Below are positions 26,461-38,409 of a DNA stretch of 64,000 bases, piece by piece (position 1 is the stretch's first letter; the number at the start of each line of letters is the position of its first letter). The stretch covers positions 70,122,001-70,186,000 of the forward strand of contig NC_042997.1 in NCBI RefSeq assembly GCF_006345805.1, read 5' to 3'. Under the pieces are notes generated by a model, which had not been told where the DNA came from, ran no database searches, and saw nothing but the letters and a program-made list of their open reading frames with translations. The DNA comes from Octopus sinensis. Its lineage: Eukaryota. The position numbers and the translations under genes are program-made.

Positions 26461-27068
26461 ACAACAACCTGCCTCGTGATAAAAACTGGTGGGAGCAAAA
26501 TCAACCCCCAGGGCTTGAAAATGACCACATCTCATTCCTTTGGAATTTCACCATTCAAACTGACAGAAAAATAGATGTGAACTGGCCAAGGACTTCAGAC
26601 AAAAATTAAGCCTCCTCATCGATATGACTGTCTCAATCGACATAGATATGTCTGTCAATACCTACGAAAAACTAAGCAAGTATAAAGATCTTGAAACAGA
26701 AATTACCAAATGTGGAACATGAAGACGAAAACAATACCTGTTGTCATAGGTGCCCTAGGAATGATAACAAAAGGAGCTGATTGCTACCTAGCTCAGCAAC
26801 CAGGAAATCTAAGAATGGAAGAAATTAACAAAATAGTGCTCATGTGAACTGTCCATATCCTGCGTAACATAATGTCTATGTAATTGCAAATTTTAAAACA
26901 AACTTTAAAATGTCTTGCTTTCTTAGACGTCCTCTAGAACAATACTTAGTGCAAAACCAATTATATGGCACGTTAGTCATAACACCAACTTTAACTTCTA
27001 GCTTGTTGTCTCTTGAGGTCTCTGGATGAGACTTGGAGTCGACTTGTACAAATACAAAGCAAAAGTCA

Positions 27069-27070
<2 letters not shown>
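26461..27070 (+). mobile_element. R4/Dong-type fragment, family A, copy 2 (duplicate of 25411-26020)
   Basis: Offset 1050 bp; only one mismatch seen by eye (25879 a vs 26929 g). Confidence 0.85.
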
Positions 27071-27135
<65 letters not shown>

Positions 27136-27138
27136 GTA

Positions 27139-27212
<74 letters not shown>

Positions 27213-27242
27213 TAATAATAATAATAATAGTAATATTAATAT

Positions 27243-27930
27243 AGAAAGAACGTGTCAGAAAAATGTAGAGTCTGTGGGACATGGAACGAGACAATGGTAC
27301 ACATTGGGGTAGAATGCCCAATGTTGGCACAGGAAAATACAAGAAATGGAGGCACAATTAGGTTGTAAAAGTTATACACTGGAAACTGTGCCAGAAATGA
27401 GGATTTGAAGCTAGAAACACATGATACAATCATCGAATCGAAAGAGTACTGGTGTCGAAGAAATGTAATACTTTGTGGACTTCCCTCTTCAAATGGACAA
27501 GCAATTAGGACACAATAGACATAACGATTATAGATAAGGAAAAGTAAAGATGCTTATTTATCGACCCATCACGACCGTTTCATTCCAGGATCGTAAAGAA
27601 AGAGGAATAAAAACAAAACAAAACATATAGTCCCTTAAAATTTGAAATAGGAAGAATTTGGAGCATGTGAACAGTAAAGGTCGTGCCTATAATAATTGGT
27701 GCGTTTGGAACAGTAAGCAAACATGTAGACAAACGGATGAAGGAGATTGAAATAGAATGCCTGGTAGCTCCTATAGAAAGTTTATCTCTTAGAGACAGCA
27801 AGGATTATCAAGAGGGTTCTAAGCACTTGAAAGACTGCTGAAAACTTATGGATACCTAAGGTTACCGGTTGTAACTCGTTATCCACATAGTTCCTACAGG
27901 AATAAGACCGAAACTCCGCCAAACCAAAAT
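27243..27930 (+). mobile_element. R4/Dong-type fragment, family C (CCHC knuckle plus RLE)
   Basis: SEKCRVCGTWNETMVHIGVECPMLAQ..RHN..VIHWKLCQK; LKFEIGRIWS..VKVVPIIIGAFGTVSK; ends in taatatt. Confidence 0.8.
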
Positions 27931-27939
27931 AATATTAAA

Positions 27940-28484
27940 TGCTCTGATGCATTACAAGTCACTGGCTCCCATGGCTTTTCATATTAACTGATTGAAAGTT
28001 TTATTATGTACATGTGTTGTCTTGGCATAAAAGATGGGCTACAGCATATATTCTGCTCAATACCACAGATTTGCTTGTCAGTTGTTTGATCTTAACCAGT
28101 TGAGCATGTCCCTTAGTGGCTGACGTTATGTGCATCTCCGATCACGAGCAGAAGTAGTTGGGAAGTATCATAGACAGATGTTGAGAGGAATTCTTTGGGG
28201 TTTAAGTAATTCACTTCTGGAAACATGGTTGTTTCGTTCAATATGCTTAAATAGCTCTTATTCTGGGACCTTTTGAGTGGGATAGTATACCCGACCCGAA
28301 GAAAATTCTCCACACTACAAGGTCATGCGCTGTTTATCTTGATATGAGATCACCATATTGGGCACATATGTGTGATGCATGTGCCTCGTATATTCTTATA
28401 AGACGGGTAGTTATGATGAGTATACTGGGCAAAGTATATTTTACCCCAGTGACACTTTGATGGTATGCACTGCTCTCTCATTCA
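27940..28484 (+). mobile_element. Unclassified ~545-bp non-coding interspersed element (element X), copy 1
   Basis: Colinear with 34844-35385 and with the minus copies at 35462-36540; 3' end gtgacactttgatgg..gcactgctctctcattc followed by (TAA)n. Confidence 0.75.
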
Positions 28485-28526
28485 ATAACAATAATAATAA
28501 TGATGATGACAATAATAATAATAATA

Positions 28527-28591
<65 letters not shown>

Positions 28592-28593
<2 letters not shown>

Positions 28594-29133
28594 TGTAACG
28601 ATTCTGTGGGACTTTCCAGTAGATACAGACCGAACCATCAAAGCCAATAAACCAGATATTGTTGTGAAAGACAAAAACAATAAAGTTTGCTTATTGATCG
28701 ACATGAGCATCCCCTGTGATCATAATATCTCGGCGAAAGAGTTTGACAAGCTCAGAAAATATAAAGACCTGCTCATTGAAATTGAGAAAATGTGGCATCT
28801 CAAGGCGGTTACAATACCAGTGATCGTAGGAACACTAGGAAGGATTAAGAAGGGAACCGAAAATTATATGGGAATGATCCCTGGCTTACCATCCCTGCAA
28901 GAAGTGCAAAAGATTGTCTTAACTGGTACATCACACGTATTGAGAAGAGCATTGTCGCTGTGAGAGCTGTTACTGCCCATGTATTTTAATTTAACCTTAA
29001 AAAAAAAAATGAACGAACTATTGAGTTTGGTTTAATGGCCTACCACTGTATACTATGAGTTTCTTTGCCCTAGGAGTCGGGAAGACGCTCGGCAAGAAAT
29101 GGAAGCAAATTTGAAAGAAGAAGAAAAAAAAAC

Positions 29134-29135
<2 letters not shown>
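28592..29135 (+). mobile_element. R4/Dong-type fragment, family B; RLE reading frame open
   Basis: NVTILWDFPVDTDRTIKANKPDIVVKDKNNKVCLLIDMSIPCDHNISAKEFDKLRKYKDLLIEIEKMWHLKAVTIPVIVGTLG...LTGTSHVLRRALSL*, UTR, then (TAA)n. Confidence 0.9.
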
Positions 29136-29164
<29 letters not shown>

Positions 29165-30479
29165 TTTTAGTTGAGCGAGGAACTGAACTTTCATCGTCGA
29201 AACTGTTGGAGGATCCATCATTCATATAAAAATGAATAACAAAGAAACCAAGGAAGAAAGAAATGTTCAATGTTTGTTTACAATATCTTGTCAGTCACTT
29301 TTGTCAAGCATTTTGCAAAGAAAGCTGTAAATTGAACCGAGTTGTTTTGGAATGTATTCTATTCGAAAAACGTCAAAACTGAAACGAATGCAGTAAATAT
29401 CGGTTGGTCTAAATATTAACCAAAAGAATTTTTGGTCGGTATTGAAAGTCCCTCGCAGGGACTTTACCCGATGCCTTGTCATGTACAATTAATTTGTAGG
29501 TCGATTTGAGTGGCAGAGCGCGCGACTGAATACCTGCGTCTTTTTTATATCTTTTTAACGTTCTGAGTTCAAACCCTGGGTTGAATTTTGCATTTGATCT
29601 TTCAGAGTGGATAAAGTAAGGACCTGTCAAATACTGAGGATGACCACAAGCCACTTCACCTTCTCCACGTTCACTCTGCGTCAGTAACATATTGAATTCA
29701 CTACCACCCATAATACAGACATGGTATACGCAACCTAACCACTTATTTAAAGACGTTCTAGATGACTTCAAAATACACTTTGTTATCTTAAAATGGAGTT
29801 ATATTGGACAAAAAAAGCCTCCAAAAAATATGGTTGCAACAATTTTTATAAGAGAACAGTTTGATCAAAACTGATCTAGGGAAAAGTAATAACAACACAA
29901 ACAACAGTAGCAGCGATTAACATAGATAAAATTATAGACCAAAATAAAAACAGGACACGTTGTGCAGAGCCGATAAAGTACTTAGATGCCTATGCTGCTG
30001 TCATGCTCTAACCACCCGTCTTCACGCCGAAGTGTCTGCATATATATATAGCTGCATACTCAACCGCATCTCTGAATATACAAGGATTCGGCAAAGATTA
30101 AGCAGTCTAATTTTACTTTATACATAATCTGCATTCCTTAGAACCATTTCCACTATTTTATTTTGGTAGACTTTTTCTATGGCTACGATTTCCCAGAGCA
30201 TTTTATCGAGAGCTGGTTTTCACTGCAGCCTACCTCATCTCCGCAGTCTATTACCGTATTAACCATGGAGTGATTTCTTCTCCGTTCACTTTAGTATATT
30301 TTGGATTTCTGGTTACATATTTCTATTCCAAAACAAAAATAAATCCAGAACTTGGTATAATTCTCGTTTTGAAATAAATTCTCAAAGTCCACATGCAACT
30401 TTAAATAACAGCCTGTGAATATTTACATCCTATTATTTATACCTTCGAGGACCATTGAAAGTATTATTCTATTTATATT

Positions 30480-30626
30480 ATTCGTAAAACAGTCAAGACG
30501 AAGAGCGCGATTAGATTGTAATAGATATTTTATTGGTTGAACGATATTTTAACAGTAAGTCTGTCATTGTCAAGTTCAAAATACGAAGTGATAAACATTC
30601 AAAATTATAGAAATTTAAATAACAAC

Positions 30627-30666
<40 letters not shown>

Positions 30667-32210
30667 GTCAAGACGAAGAGCGTGATTCGATTGTAATAGA
30701 TAATTTATTGGTTGAACGATATTTCAACAGTAAGTCTTTTTTTGTCAAGTCCAAAATAAGAAGTGATAAAAATTCTAAATTATAGAAATTTAAATGTAAA
30801 GTATGAAAGAGAGCAACCAGCGTCCACACGTTGACACGTTGATGGAATGACATTATCTGTCTTTAAGTTTCAATTTCATAACAGGCGTAAAGAAAAAGAC
30901 AGAAAAAAGAAGACAGGAAAAAAGACAAAAAGAAACAGAGGAAAGAAAAAGAAAGGAAAAAGAAGAATTGTTAATCAAACAGTTTTGTATAAATTTGATG
31001 ATATTCTCCTGTCATTTTATTCATTCTTCCAAGGTGTGATGTTTATAACCCGCAAACATATTTCTCATCATTGCATTTTGAGAAGTGAAAGTGAAGCAGA
31101 TTCAAAATATTTTCTGAGAATATAGACTTTCAAATCTTTTTTCAAAATTGCAGCCGTTTGAAACGAAATGTTCGGCAAGTTCTGTTGAATTACTGTTATT
31201 GTACCTACGTCGAATCTGTGCCTATTAAATCTTTTGTTTAATTGTTCTGCTATACAACCAGCAAGTTGTGTTTCGTGCATTCTGCCACGTACACCAAATG
31301 GGAATCTCTACATGTCCCACGTTCTGTATAAACAATAATATTTCTGATTCCCTATGGACTGATGAACTCATGTTGTTGCACAATGGACAGGGCTTACTCC
31401 TCTTGCGACTGTTTTCAAGGTACAGCGTGCAGAAATTCCAACGTTAGTTTTCTTGGAGTCAGAAATAGAGGTCACTAATTCTCTTATATTCTTATTACGT
31501 CTAAAGGCTACAATAGGCGGCTGAGGAAATATCTGTTTGAAACGAGGTTATTTTGTCGTCGCATGCTGGTAACTTTCATGCAACACTTTTGAAATGCCAG
31601 TGAAATTTCGATGGCAGTTAATCACTAAAGGAATTCTGTCATCTATTGTAATGTGTTTGCTAAAATTATGCGTAACGGTTTGACTATCTTTGCTAATCTC
31701 AGCTATTTCATTTGCTATTTCCTTTAATCGTCATTCACTGTAATCGCGTTTGACATAATGATGTACAAAAGCATTAGCATGTTTCCAGTAATCTCCTATG
31801 TCAGTACAAATCCGTTTTATCCTAAGAAATTGGGATTTCGGATTTGACCGAATGATATGATGTAGATGATCGGAGCGGTGGTGGAGATAAATATGGGATG
31901 ACGTGGGCTTGCAAAATAACTCTCACTATTCTGCCTCCAGACTTTCGTGTCCAAAATTTCAACGCTAGTTTTTGAAAAACTAGGCGTAAATTTTATATTG
32001 GACTTAAAGCCTTAGCTTTTCACCTAACAATTACAGAAAAGCAAGGAGTCCATTAAATTATCCTCTGATCCTTCCCAGACACAAAATATGTCATCAATGG
32101 ACAGTAACCAGAGTATTGGTTCATGACCATGAAGGGATTTAAATTTCTATAATTTTGAATTTTTATGACCTCTTATTTTGAACTTTACAAAGACAAACAT
32201 ACTACTAATA
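30480..32210 (-). mobile_element. 5'-truncated Penelope-like element (RT C-terminus plus GIY-YIG) with repeated pseudo-LTR segments
   Basis: SIDDIFCVWEGSEDNL..KSNIKFT..ILDTKV; YLHHRSDH..KSQFLRIKRICT; RIPLVI; FKQIFPQPPIVAFRRNKNIRELV; CRDSHLVYVAECTKH..QLNKRFNRHRFD. Repeats at 30490-30620 and 30665-30795, with a partial inverted copy at 32137-32203. Confidence 0.85.
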
Positions 32211-32264
32211 CTGCCTACTACGAATAATTTCAAATTTTTCCACAAGAGCAGCTATTTTGGAGGA

Positions 32265-32872
32265 GGGGATGGGTCGATTACATCGACCCCATTGTTCAAT
32301 TGGTACCGAATGTATCGACCCCGAAACGGTGAAAGGCAAAGTCGGCCTCGGTGGAATTTGAACTCAGAACATAGGGGCAGACGAAATATCTATTTCTTTA
32401 CTACCCACAAGGGGCTAAACACAGAGGGGACAAACAAGGACAGACAAACGGATTAAGTCGATCACATCGACCCCAGTGCGTAACTGGTACTTATTTAATC
32501 GACACTGAATGGATGAAAGGCAAAGTCGAATTCGGCGGAATTTGAACTCAGAACGTAGCGGCAGACGAAATACCGGTAAGCATTTCACCCGGCATGCTAG
32601 CGGTTCAGCCAGCTCGCCGTTAAAAGAGACGTACGAAATACCTATTTCTTTACTACCAACAGGGCCTAAACACAGAGGGGACAAACAAGGACAGACAAAC
32701 GGATTAAGTCGATTATATCGACCCCAGTGCGTAACTGGTACTTATTTAATCGACCCCGAAAGGATGAAAGGCAAAGTCGACTTCGGCGGAATTTGAACTC
32801 AGAACGTAGCGGCAGACGAAATATTGCTAAGCATTTCGCCCAGCGTGCTAACGATTCTGCCAGCTCGCCACC
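32265..32872 (-). mobile_element. Three tandem copies of the abundant SINE family
   Basis: Three gaaaggcaaagtc..ggcggaatttgaactcagaac units; 32640-32872 is near-intact and matches 41311-41533. Confidence 0.9.
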
Positions 32873-32885
32873 TTAATAATAGTCA

Positions 32886-32933
<48 letters not shown>

Positions 32934-32959
32934 CATTATTATTATTATCATTATTATTA

Positions 32960-33005
<46 letters not shown>

Positions 33006-33169
33006 ATTTATATATTTGTTTTGCAAGATTCTTGATTTGAAATCGTGTGTTGAAACATATACTGTTGTATTTAGGAATGGTCATATTGCCAGTTTAGACA
33101 ATAAAAACACACGCACTATATATTTGGTGCTAATTTGCTTCAGCTTTATTTATTTTTTACATTAATCTT

Positions 33170-34707
33170 ATTTCGGCCAGATTTCTTTTGTCACACGTCT
33201 GTGACCTCATCAGTGGTCCTTTGCTTTCTTCTTTCTTATTTGTGTGTCTCTCCTTACTCACGATCTACCATTTTGTATTTTGTATTCTTATTGTATATGT
33301 CTTTATCTTCGCATGTGTATACCCCTATGTGTGTCTATGATTAGTTAGTGTGTGTGGGAGTTGCCTGTATTATTTGTATCTCCTGTTTATACACGTTCGT
33401 GTATTTTGTCTTTGTTTATTTTGTTCATGTGTTTATACCAACTTATTATTTTTTTGTATTTGATTAAATTAATTAATTAATTTTTTTAATTCTTTTAAAT
33501 TTTGTTGATGTATATAGTTATTTAATTCCATTTGTTTATCTGTGTATTTTATTATGTTTTTAGCTTTGTTTATATTATCAGTTTATGGAGATCTTATTCT
33601 GTCATATGTTGTGGTGTGTGTGCTAGTGTTCCATTCCAGTTTCCTATTCAGGCTAGGTTTATCTTCTATTATGTGTGTTGTCTCTGTAATTTGTTTAATT
33701 GTTGCGTCTGTTCTATGTGTGGACAAGATATTAACTTCTATGTTGTTGAGTGAGCCCCCGTATTCCTGCTAAGCGTGCTGGTACAGAACCGATGGGCTCT
33801 TTTCTTCCTTAAGTTTCTCTCCAATGTCCATTTATCCGCTCTCCTGTGCGCCGTACCGTTTCCCCTACGTACGTCGTTACCTTTTTACTGCATCGTCCCT
33901 CTGTACATCTTATACTATCGACTACATTTCTGGTTTTATAGTTTGTTTGTGGGCTAAATCTACACACAGTACAGTTCCAAGCTGTACAAGGGATTCTACT
34001 AGGGTCCTTCTAAAGCGGTACGCCAGTTCTCCTCTAGGAGTGGTGTCGACGAATATGACACTCTGGTATTTGTGGCTATCATACCAAAAGTTGGCCTTCC
34101 TTATTTTCTTCTTAGTCCTTTGAATATTGTTCTATGACTTGCTCCTATAGAGTGGGCAAATCCCATTCCTATCGTTACGTATGATAGTATCAAATTTCTT
34201 CATGGCTCCTTTGTATACACTGATTCTTTCTTTATGGTACTAACCTAAGAACTACATGCGGGACACATTTCGCATTATTCTGACGAGGTCTGTCATCAAA
34301 ATATTGAATTTGGCATTGTCCGCGATAGCTGAGTTCCGGTGGATCAAGTATTTGAAGGCGTTCCTTAAGCCTTCTGTCCCACCATACCATGAAAGGGTTG
34401 GCCACATCATCGGCGATACTAACGCCGATGGCTGCCCACTTGTCCTGGGCGTATATTTTGTTGTTAAACTTAAACGTGTGACCTTTTAGGATAACTCTTA
34501 TACTAGCTCCTAGTGCATGTGCGATCATTTTCTTTACCTGATGAACATTTGCGGGGGTCCGTATGGCTCTGGTCCATCCGCTCCGTCTTTCTATATGAGT
34601 CTTCCTAGCCATAGAAGTAATTCTGGGTGGTTTACCTCTTAAACGTCTACTAGGGCAGAAACTACTAAGGTCGTGTTTATCTAGATATTCATTGTCATAT
34701 GTCAGTC

Positions 34708-34710
<3 letters not shown>
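33170..34710 (-). mobile_element. Penelope-like element remnant (RT, GIY-YIG, 3' pLTR)
   Basis: ASIRVILKGHTFKFNNKIYAQDKWAAIGVSIADDVANPFMVWWDRRLK (RT); GICPLYRSK; VIFVDTTPRGELA; KTRNVVDSIRCTEGRC..YVGETVRRTGERI; TETTHIIEDKPSLNRKLEWNT. Confidence 0.85.
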
Positions 34711-34766
<56 letters not shown>

Positions 34767-34782
34767 AATAATAATAATAATC

Positions 34783-34843
<61 letters not shown>

Positions 34844-34845
<2 letters not shown>

Positions 34846-35385
34846 CCCTGATGCAGTATCAGGCAGTGGCTCACGTGGCTTCTGATCTTAACTGATTGGA
34901 AGTGTTATCATGTACATGGTTTTGTCTCGGTATAAAAGATGGGCTACAGTAAATATTATGCTCAATACCACAGATTTGTTTGACCATAACCAGTTGAGCA
35001 TGTCGCTTAGTGGCTGATATGTGCATCTCTGATCACGAGCAGAAGTAGTGGGGAAGCATCATAACCATGTGTTGAGAGGGATTCTTTGGGGTTTGAATAA
35101 TTCACCTCTGGAAACACGGGTGTTTCGTTCAACATCCTTAAACCACCCTTATTCAGGGACCTCTTGAGCGGGATGGGTTACTCGACCAGAAGAAAATTCT
35201 AACTGGGCCCCACCTGCAAGGTCATGTGCTGTTTATCTTGATGTGAGATCACCATGTCGGGCACATATGGTTGTGATGCATGTGCCTGGTGTACTCTTAT
35301 CAGACGGGTAGTCATGATAAGTATACTGGGCTTCGTATATTTTACCCAAGTGTCACTTTGATGGCATACACTCCTCTCTCATTCC
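34844..35385 (+). mobile_element. Element X, copy 2 (apparently full length)
   Basis: taatgccctgatgcag...ctctctcattccataataa; TAA tracts on both sides. Confidence 0.75.
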
Positions 35386-35461
<76 letters not shown>

Positions 35462-35536
35462 TGAGTGAGCGAGCAGAGCATGCCATCAAAGTGACACTGG
35501 GGTAAAATATACGAAGCCCAGTATATCCATCATGAC

Positions 35537-35580
<44 letters not shown>

Positions 35581-35639
35581 TATTGTTGTTGTTATTGTTG
35601 TTGTTGTTGCTGTTATTATTGTTGTTGTTGTTGTTGTTG

Positions 35640-35691
<52 letters not shown>

Positions 35692-36540
35692 CATTATTGA
35701 GTGAGAGAGCAGTGCATACTTTCAAAGTGATAGTGGGGTAAAATATACGAAACCCAGTATACCCATCACGACTCCCCTTCTGATAAGAATACACAAGGCA
35801 CATGCATCACAGCCACATGTAATCTCACATTATGGTGATCTGATATGAAGATAAACAGGGAATTTTCTTCAAGTCGAGTAGCCCATCCCACTCAAAAGGT
35901 TTCTAAATAAGGGTTATTTAAGCATGTTGAACAAAACATGTTTCCGAGGTGAATTATCCAAGCCCTAAATATTTTCTCTCAACACATAGTTATTATGCTT
36001 CCCCACTACTTCTGCTCAGGGTAAGAGATGCATATATCGTCGGTAAATAATGGACATACTCAACTGCTTAAGTTCAAACAACTGACAAGCAAATCTGCGG
36101 TACGGAGCAGAATATTCACAAACATATGGTGACCTCATATCAAGATAAACAGCACATGACCTTGTAGGTGGGAGCCAATTAGAACTTTCTTCAGGTCGAG
36201 CAGCCCATCCCGTTCAAATGGTCCTTGAATAAGGATCGTTTAAGGATGTTGAACGAAGCACCCATGTTTCCAGTGGTGAATTATTCAAACTCTCAACACA
36301 TGGCTATGATACTCCACCACTACTTCTGCTCGTGATCAAAGATACACATATCGTCAGCCACTAAGGGACTTGCTCAACTGGTTAAGGTCAAACAACTGAC
36401 AAGCAAATCTGTGGTATGGGGCAGGATATTTGTTGTAGACCATCTTTTATACCAAGACAAAACAATGTACATGATAACACTTCCAATCAGTTAAGATCAG
36501 AAGCCATGAGAGTCACTACCTGTTACTTCATCAGGGCATT
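35462..36540 (-). mobile_element. Element X: three partial minus-strand copies (35462-35537, 35697-36117, 36118-36540)
   Basis: Reverse complements of copy 2, embedded in (TTA)n. Confidence 0.75.
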
Positions 36541-36557
36541 TATTATTATTATTGTTG

Positions 36558-36645
<88 letters not shown>

Positions 36646-36647
<2 letters not shown>

Positions 36648-36949
36648 GTTTGACTTCTGCTTTATATTTGTACAAGTTGGCTCCAAGTCTCACCCGGAGA
36701 CCTCAAGAGACAACAGGTTGGAAGTTCACGTTGTTGTTATGCCTAGTGTGCCATATATTTGGTTGTTTTTTGTGTTGTACTGGTGGATGTCTAAAAAAAA
36801 AAAGAATGTTTGTTTTAAACCTTGAGATTACATAGAAAGTATTTTGCGTAGGATATGAGCAGTTCCCATGAGCACTATCTTTTGAATTTCTGCCATTTTT
36901 GGGTTTCCTGGTATCTGAGTTAGGTAGCTATCAGCCCCTTTTGCTACAA

Positions 36950-36950
<1 letters not shown>
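36646..36950 (-). mobile_element. R4/Dong-type fragment, family A 3' end
   Basis: Reverse complement of gaaattcaaaagatagtgctcatgggaactgctcatatcc...cttgtacaaatataaagcagaagtcaaa, set in (TTA)n. Confidence 0.8.
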
Positions 36951-37010
<60 letters not shown>

Positions 37011-37020
37011 ATTATTATTA

Positions 37021-37093
<73 letters not shown>

Positions 37094-37105
37094 ATTATTA
37101 TTATT

Positions 37106-38356
37106 CAGTAGTTTTATTATTGTAACGTGCTTTCACTTCACTACCGAGCGCAGCTCTGTGTGCCTTGGGTATGTGCTGTGATTTGTTGTGATGCTCTGAT
37201 GGTTACTGTATTGAAAGTGTTCTGCGTAGGATGTGTGCAGTGTCTAGTAGTGCAATTTTCTGTATGTTATATGTGTTTGTAAGTCCTGGTGTTTTTGTTA
37301 TGTATTTGTCTGAATATTTTTTATCATGCCTAATGCACCTATTATGATAGGAATTGTCTCTGTTTTTAGATTCCACATACTAGTTACCTCTATTTTCATG
37401 TCTTTGTATTTTGAAAGTTTCTCCATTTCTTTTAGAGACACGTTGTCACCTACTGGTATTGATACATCAATTAGAAAGCATTTTTTTCTTCGTGATCTCT
37501 GACAACTATATCTGGTATGTTGGCCTTAATTTCTCTATCTGTGTGTATTGGCATATCCCAGAGTATGGTTGCTTTCTCGTTTTCTGTGACCTTTTCTGGT
37601 GTGTGCCTATACTATCATTTTTCTGTTGTTATTCCATAATGTTGGCACAGCTTCCAGTGTATGTAGGTCCCAACTCTGACGTAAAAGTGAATATATTCCT
37701 TCTTAGCCAGGACTGAGCAGCCAGAGATAATCTGATTTATTGTTTCTTGTCCATCTCCATATATTCTGCAGTTACTTGTTATATTTCTTTTCATTATATG
37801 TTTTTTGTAATTTCTGGTGGGGAGGCTTTGGTCTTGTGCTGCAATTAAAAATACCTCTGTCTCTGTTTTGAGTCCTGAGTTTCTCAACCATTGCTGTGAT
37901 TTTTCTTTGTCTATTTCTTTTGCATTTAGTTTAGTCCAGTACTTGCCATGAAGGGGCTTTTCTTGCCATCGTTTTATCATGGTCCGTTGCTGTTCTAGTT
38001 TTAGTTTTGATTTCATTTGCTTTCTAGCTTTTGTTGTGTTTTCTTCTTCTTCTTCTTCTTCTTCTTCTTTTCTTCTTCTTCTTCTTCTTCTTCTTCTTCT
38101 TCTTCTTCTTCTTCTTCTTCTTCTTCTTCTTCTTCTTCTTCTTCTTCTTCTTCTTCTTCTTCTTCTTCTTCTTCTTCTTCTTCTTCTTCTTCTTTTTTGT
38201 TAGGTGGTATGATTTCTTGTTTGTATTTGTCAGCTTCCTTAAATACTGAGAACAATTTTTTGTTTTGCTCGTGTTTGCCGTGTTTTGTATCAGTTTTCCT
38301 TGCATCTGAAGTAGGTATTTTTGCAGTCCTATGGTGGTTATTTTATAGTAGTTTTC

Positions 38357-38358
<2 letters not shown>
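37106..38358 (-). mobile_element. R4/Dong-type fragment, family D
   Basis: RWQEKPLHGKYW..QWLRNSGLKTETEVFLIAAQDQSLPTRNY..SNCRIYGDGQETINQIISGCSVLAKKEY..YIHWKLCQHY; LSKYKDMKIEV..IPIIIGALG..IALLDTAHILRRTLSI. Confidence 0.9.
38040..38195. repeat. (TTC)n microsatellite inside the family D element
   Basis: Long TTC run, directly visible. Confidence 0.95.

Positions 38359-38409
<51 letters not shown>

Noticed and set aside
28664-28963. 99-aa clean ORF that could be read as a host nuclease gene
   Set aside because: It is the RLE C-terminus of a 5'-truncated Dong-type copy that starts directly at a TAA tract, with paralogous dead copies in the window.
30255-30330. Minus-strand 68-nt exon-like stretch (KYVTRNPKYTKVNGEEITPWLI)
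   Set aside because: Weak donor, and it is adjacent to a Penelope element, of which it may be decayed sequence.
31521-31545. CTGAGGA...GAAAC on the plus strand
   Set aside because: It is antisense to Penelope coding sequence (FKQIFPQPP), with no stems.
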